Source of the DNA: the human T2T-CHM13v2.0 reference genome, Homo sapiens | NCBI RefSeq assembly: GCF_009914755.1 | Contig: NC_060940.1 | Reading direction: 5' to 3' (one strand) | DNA length: 64,000 nucleotides | Shown: positions 59,203 through 64,000 of the stretch, piece by piece | Layout: each line of letters begins with the position of its first letter | Position numbering within the stretch: position 1 is the first letter of the stretch | Notes under the pieces: generated by a model | The model's input: the letters and a program-made list of their open reading frames with translations, nothing else | Told to the model about the DNA's origin: nothing | Database searches by the model: none | Position numbers and translations under genes: made by a program

Positions 59203-60065
59203 GTGTATTAGTTTCCTATGCTGCATTGTGTTACAAATTTAACTACTTAAAACAACACACGGCCAGGTGGGGTGGCTCACACCTATAATCCTAGCACTTT
59301 GGGAGGCTGAGGCAGGAGGACGGCTTGAGCCAAGGAGTTTGAAATCACACAACATAGGAAGACCTCTCGTCTCTACAAGAAAAAAATAATTAGCTGGGTG
59401 TGGTGGTGCGTGCCTGTGGTCGTGGTCCCAGATATTTGGAAGTCTGAGGTGGGAGGATTGCTTGAGATCAGGAAGTCAAGACTGCAATGACATACGATTG
59501 CACCATTGCACTCCAGCCTGGCTGACAGGGCAAGACCCTGTCTCAAAAAACCAAACCAAAACACAAAACACACACATTTATGATCTTGTCATTTCTGTGG
59601 GTCAGGCATCCAGGCACAGCTTAGCTGGTCTGTGCTCAGGGTCTCCCAAAGCTGTATTTGAGGTGTTTGCTGAGCTGCGTTCTCATCTGCAGGCCCAACT
59701 GGGGCAGAGTCTGCTTTGCGTTCATCCAGGCTGTTGGCAGAATGTATTTCCTGTGGTTGTAGGGCTGAGGGCCTGTTTTCATGACTGACTGTCCCCTGGG
59801 AGCTGCCTTTGTCCCCTGCTCTGTGGCCCCGTCCGAGGGCATTTCACGACGTGGGTATTTCCTTCCTCAAGGCTGGCAGGAGATCTCCTCACTCCGGCCT
59901 GCTGAGATGGAGTTAACGTAATGGAATGTGCTCACAGGAGCTGCCCCTCGCTTTGCCACTTTCTGTTGTTCAAAAGCACGTTCCAGGCCCTGCTCACTCT
60001 CAAGGTGAGGGGACCACACAGGGTGTGATTCCCTGAGGGTCACCCTGGAATGTGTCTGCCACACC
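59203..60065 (-). mobile_element. MLT1 LTR with AluJ (59261-59570, +)
   Basis: TGTATTAGTTTCCTATGCTG..TTAAAACAACACAC; end GTCTGCCACA. Confidence 0.8.
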
Positions 60066-61383
60066 CTGATACGGTAAGGACAGATTCCAAAGGCCTGTGT
60101 TCCCGGACCATTTCTGCTGCCACTGGGTGCCCTAGCCGGCCACTCACCTCTGTTGGGTCTTGATGTTCTCCTCTGTCCAGCAAAGCCATAGAGGTCAGTG
60201 GTCATTAATTTAACACTGAAATTGATGCATTTTTTTTTTCTTGTGTCCAGAGAACATGTTTAGCTCTGTTTTTTGTGTTAGTCGTAAGAATGCTCCCAAT
60301 TGCAGCTGTGAAAGCTAAGGGTGGCTGAGAGCTCGCGTGGGCTGAATGTTTCACAGACACTTTTTGTGTAATCCTCAGAGAGGCTGAAGGACCTGCCCAA
60401 GCCACCCAAGTAGGAAACAGCATGGCGGGGAGCTCAGCGAGGGCAGGTAGGACTTCAGAGCCAGGCCCTTCCTGCTACGGCACCCTCTCTCCTACTGTCC
60501 TTGTTCCCTGATGGAATCTAGCTTTCCAGCAGGCAGGGGGATAGTGGGAAGAGGCTACCCCCTTTAACCTTGATGAAGTGCTAGGGAGGACTTTGGCAAG
60601 CCAGGCCCTCATGCCCCATGCCCCCACCCCTCCCCTTGCCCCATTTCGCTGCTTTCATCAGCACTCAGGGCAGGGAAGGGCTGGTCTGACCTCTCAGGCT
60701 GCCCCAGTGTGCTGACCACGTCTGTTCGTCTTTACGACAGCCAAATTGGGGAGCACAGTGTTCTGGCCTGGACACACACAGCCGTCATCCGCCACTGCAT
60801 CAGCTGCCTCTGAGACCTCCTAGGACGCCCGCTGCCAGGCCTTTCTCACTTTCCTGGGGCGTTTCTCTCTGGGTTGGTAGGGATTGGAGATCTCCGAAGG
60901 AGAAAGGCGGTCTTGGTCCCTCGGTCAGAAAATGCCTGGCACGCTTGCTTCAGAACCACACCAGGGGATGATTTATAGATGTGTGGGTTACCAGGTGAGG
61001 GCAGGTGGGGACCACAGCAGGCTCAGCGACCCTCAGGAGGTGGCTGCAGAGCTGCCATCCCTGGGACTGAGGGAGGAAGGCTGTGGCCCTGGAACCTGGA
61101 CGGGAAGGTGTGTGGGGTTCAGAGTTGCAGAGTGTGTGACCTTCGGGGAGGGACTGAAGGGCTCTGGGGAGGCAAGCACCAGCCTCCTGCTGCTGCCTTG
61201 TGCTGATCTCATGCCAGGGCGCCCCACAGCCAGCCAGAGGCCAGGGGGCAGCAGGGTCTACTTTTGCTGTCAGCACCTTGAGCAGAGAACAGAGTGGGCG
61301 GGGGCAGACGTGGATGTGAAGGGCCGTGGAAGACATGGGACGCAGGATCCCTGGTGGTTTTTGTTCCTTATGATGTGGCAGGC

Positions 61384-61525
61384 ATGGGGCAGGGTGTTTG
61401 GAGTGAGCATGGTGGCATGTTCTGTGGCTGGAATGGGGCAGAACATTTGGAGTGGGCATGGTGGCATGTTTTGTGGCATTCATGGGGCAGGGCATTTGGA
61501 GTGGGTAGTGGCATGTTTTGTGGCA
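61384..61525 (+). repeat. 49-bp minisatellite x~2.9
   Basis: ATGGGGCAG starts at 61384, 61433 and 61482, each followed by TTTGGAGTG..GTGGCATGTTYTGTGGC. Confidence 0.9.
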
Positions 61526-61979
61526 CACATTGGTGGCAGGCTAAGAAACGTGGCTAAGATCACACTGTAGGCAAGCAATGGAGCTGGGCTCAGACCCAGG
61601 GCTTTCTGCCTCCAAGTGCCCCCTTCCTACTGTAGCAGACAGAGCAGGAATTCCAATCTGAAGCCACCCTGCCTTTCCTGTGGGCTGGGGCCGGTGTCTG
61701 CAGGCCATGCTCTTGTTGACCATGGTGTAGGCTGGAGCCGAGCTGGGAGGAAGTGCTGGGGAGGGTGGGGTTGGGCCACACTCCAGCATGGGGGTGGGGG
61801 GCGTGTGGATCAGAGGGAGGAAGGAAGAGAAAATAGGGGTGGAGAGAGGGGAGAAGGCACCAGGGAGAGGGCAGGGGGCTGGGAGTGCCAACTACCCCAC
61901 AGTCCCAGACAGTCCTCTGCTGGAGAGTCAGCTATTAACAGCAAAGGGGGCTGTAATTGCAGAAAGCAAAACACATTGA

Positions 61980-62647
61980 GGTTTTTTGGGAAAAAAACTA
62001 TAATATCTTTATGACTTTGGGGCAGGGAAGGATTTCTTTAACAAGATCTCCAAAGCACAAACTGTAGGAGAAAATACTGATGACTTTGATGTCAAAATTT
62101 TAAAACTTCTGTTTAAAATAATTGTCGTAAATAAAGTGAAAATGCAAGTCTCACAGATTAGAAGTTATCAGCAATGCAACTAATGGTCTAAGAGTAAGTG
62201 TCCACACTCTGTAAAGAACTTCTGAAAATCTACACATAAAAGACAAGCAAGAAAATAGAAAGATGGAGGCCGGGTGCAGCGGTTCACACCTGTAATCCCA
62301 GCACGTTGGGAGGGCAAGGTGGGCAGATCGCCTGAGCTCAGGAGTTCAAGACCAGCCTGAGCAACATGATGAAACCCCATCTCTACTAAAAATACAAAAA
62401 TTATCTGGGTATGGTGGCACATGCCTGTAATCCCAGCCACTTAGGAGGCTGAGGCAGGAGAATTGCTTAAACCTGGGAGGCAGAGGTTGCAGTCAGCCAA
62501 GATCCGGCCACTGCACTCCAGTCTGGGTAGCAGAGTGAGACTCTGTCTTAAGAAAGAAAGGAAGAAAGAGAGAGAGAGAGAAAGAAAGAAAGAGAGAGAG
62601 AGAAAGAAAGAGAAAGAAAGAAAGAAAAAGAAAGAGAGAGAGAGGGA

Positions 62648-62691
<44 letters not shown>

Positions 62692-63250
62692 GAGAAAGAA
62701 AGAAAGAAAGACAGGCAAAGGGAGCCACAAGCAAGTCAGAGAAGAGAAAACATGTGTGGTTACTAAGTGTCTGAAGAACCAGTGCCTTTGCTGGCTGAGA
62801 CATTGCAAGTCAAAGCCACATCACGATGCTTGTCCATGCCCAGCACTTTGGCAAAACTTTAAAAACCTGGCCACCCGGGTGATGGAGGGCGGGAAGGGAA
62901 GCGGGCATCGTGCACTTTGCTGAAAAGAGGGTGGCTGCATGCAACGGCCAGTGCAGTGGACAGTGTGTGTGCCCCACAGCCAGATGCCCTTCTTTTAAGC
63001 ACAAGCCTCTACGGTTCACAGTAGTGTCGCCCAGGATAGCAGGCAACCTGGAAGCATCCATTGACAGAATGAATAAATAAATTATGGCAAATTCACACAA
63101 GGGGACACTGGAGCCATGACAAGAAATGAACTAAGGCTACGTGGATACAGGTCCAAAGCAGAATGTCAAGGCAGAAAGGCTGAACGGTGGATACTGCATA
63201 GCTCTGTGTACACAGGGCTGGAACCATGCCTGGGAAAGGAGCTACATGGG
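61980..63250 (+). mobile_element. Old L1 3' region with an AluS (62268-62550) whose tail is a (GAAA)n/(GA)n tract (62551-62712)
   Basis: TTGGGGCAGGGAAGGATTTCTTTAACAAG..AAAGCACAAAC; CATCCATTGACAGAATGAATAAATAAATTATGG. Confidence 0.8.
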
Positions 63251-63320
63251 AGCTTGGGAGCTCCTTCCTGCTCCTCACTCCCCTTCTCAGGGAGAACTGC
63301 ATGGGGAGAGCATGGTGCTT

Positions 63321-63870
63321 GTGGCAGTGTGTGTGCACGTATGTGTGAGCACGTGGCACGGTGCATGCATGGATGTGTGAGCACGTGGCACGGTGCATGC
63401 ATGGATGTATGACTGTGGCAGTGTGTGTGCACATATGTGTGAACGTGTGGCAATGTGCATGCGTGGATGTGTGAACGTGTGGCAGTGTGCGTGCATGGAT
63501 GTGTGTTTGTGGCGGTGTGTGTGCACGTATGTGTGAGCATGTGGCACTGTGCATTCACGGATGTGTGAGTGTGTGGCAGCGTGCATGCGTGGATGTGTGT
63601 GGCAGTGTGCATGCACGTATGTGTGAGCATGTGGCAGTGTGCATGCACGTATGTGTGAGTGTGTGGCAGCGTGCATGCGTGGATGTGTGTTTGTGGCAGT
63701 GTGCATGCACGTATGTCTGAGCACGTGGCAGTGTGCACGCATGGATGTGTGATCGTGTGGCCGTGTACGTGTGCCAGCGTGTATGTGAAAGACGTGTTTG
63801 TGTGGGTGTGTGACAATGCTTGTGTGTGTCTGAGTGTGCGTGGTGTGTGATGATGAGTGTGAGTGTGAGC
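63321..63870 (+). repeat. TG-rich minisatellite, ~30-32 bp unit GTGGCAGTGTGCATGCACGTATGTGTGAGCAY, about 14 copies then decay
   Basis: GTGGCA recurs at 63321, 63353, 63385, 63415 and onward. Confidence 0.92.
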
Positions 63871-64000
63871 GTGCCGAGGACGAGGTTTCAAGGCTCCCCG
63901 GATGCATATGTCCTTCCTGGGCCACTGCCCAGATCCTGACTCCCTCTTCGGCCCCTGCCAGTCACAGGGCATGGGGCCACTTGTGCCACGGGGGTCTGGG

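Noticed and set aside
61384-61525. Regularly spaced repeats resembling a CRISPR array
   Set aside because: Eukaryotic tandem minisatellite; no unique spacers or cas genes
60884-61570. 228-aa and 192-aa ORFs
   Set aside because: Overlap LTR-like sequence and the 49-bp minisatellite; no domain or splice support

Overview
Human (primate) genomic DNA. The window holds the 5' end of ZCCHC14 on the minus strand: coding exon 1 at 5155-4586, a GC-rich 5' leader, a CpG-island promoter, and about 4.6 kb of intron 1. About 58 kb of repeat-dense upstream sequence follows (Alu, MIR, L1, L2, MaLR/ERV LTRs, hAT DNA transposons, simple repeats). From recall this is 16q24.2 between ZCCHC14 and JPH3, not verified here. 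No other protein-coding exon is supportable, and I found no new multi-gene system. The best leads are: (1) a ZCCHC14 leader with two strong-context uORFs, one in frame with the main ORF and separated from it only by a UGA-C stop, plus CGG/CGA triplet repeats; (2) exon 1 encodes a Smaug/SAMD4-like N-terminal domain that a Met138 start would destroy; (3) a ~590 bp degenerate interstitial telomeric array abutting a hairpin; (4) a compact MEF2/RFX/AP-1/KLF-EGR motif cluster near 54.8-55.2 kb; (5) several rearranged or nested transposon structures. Repeat boundaries and subfamily calls were made by eye and are approximate.
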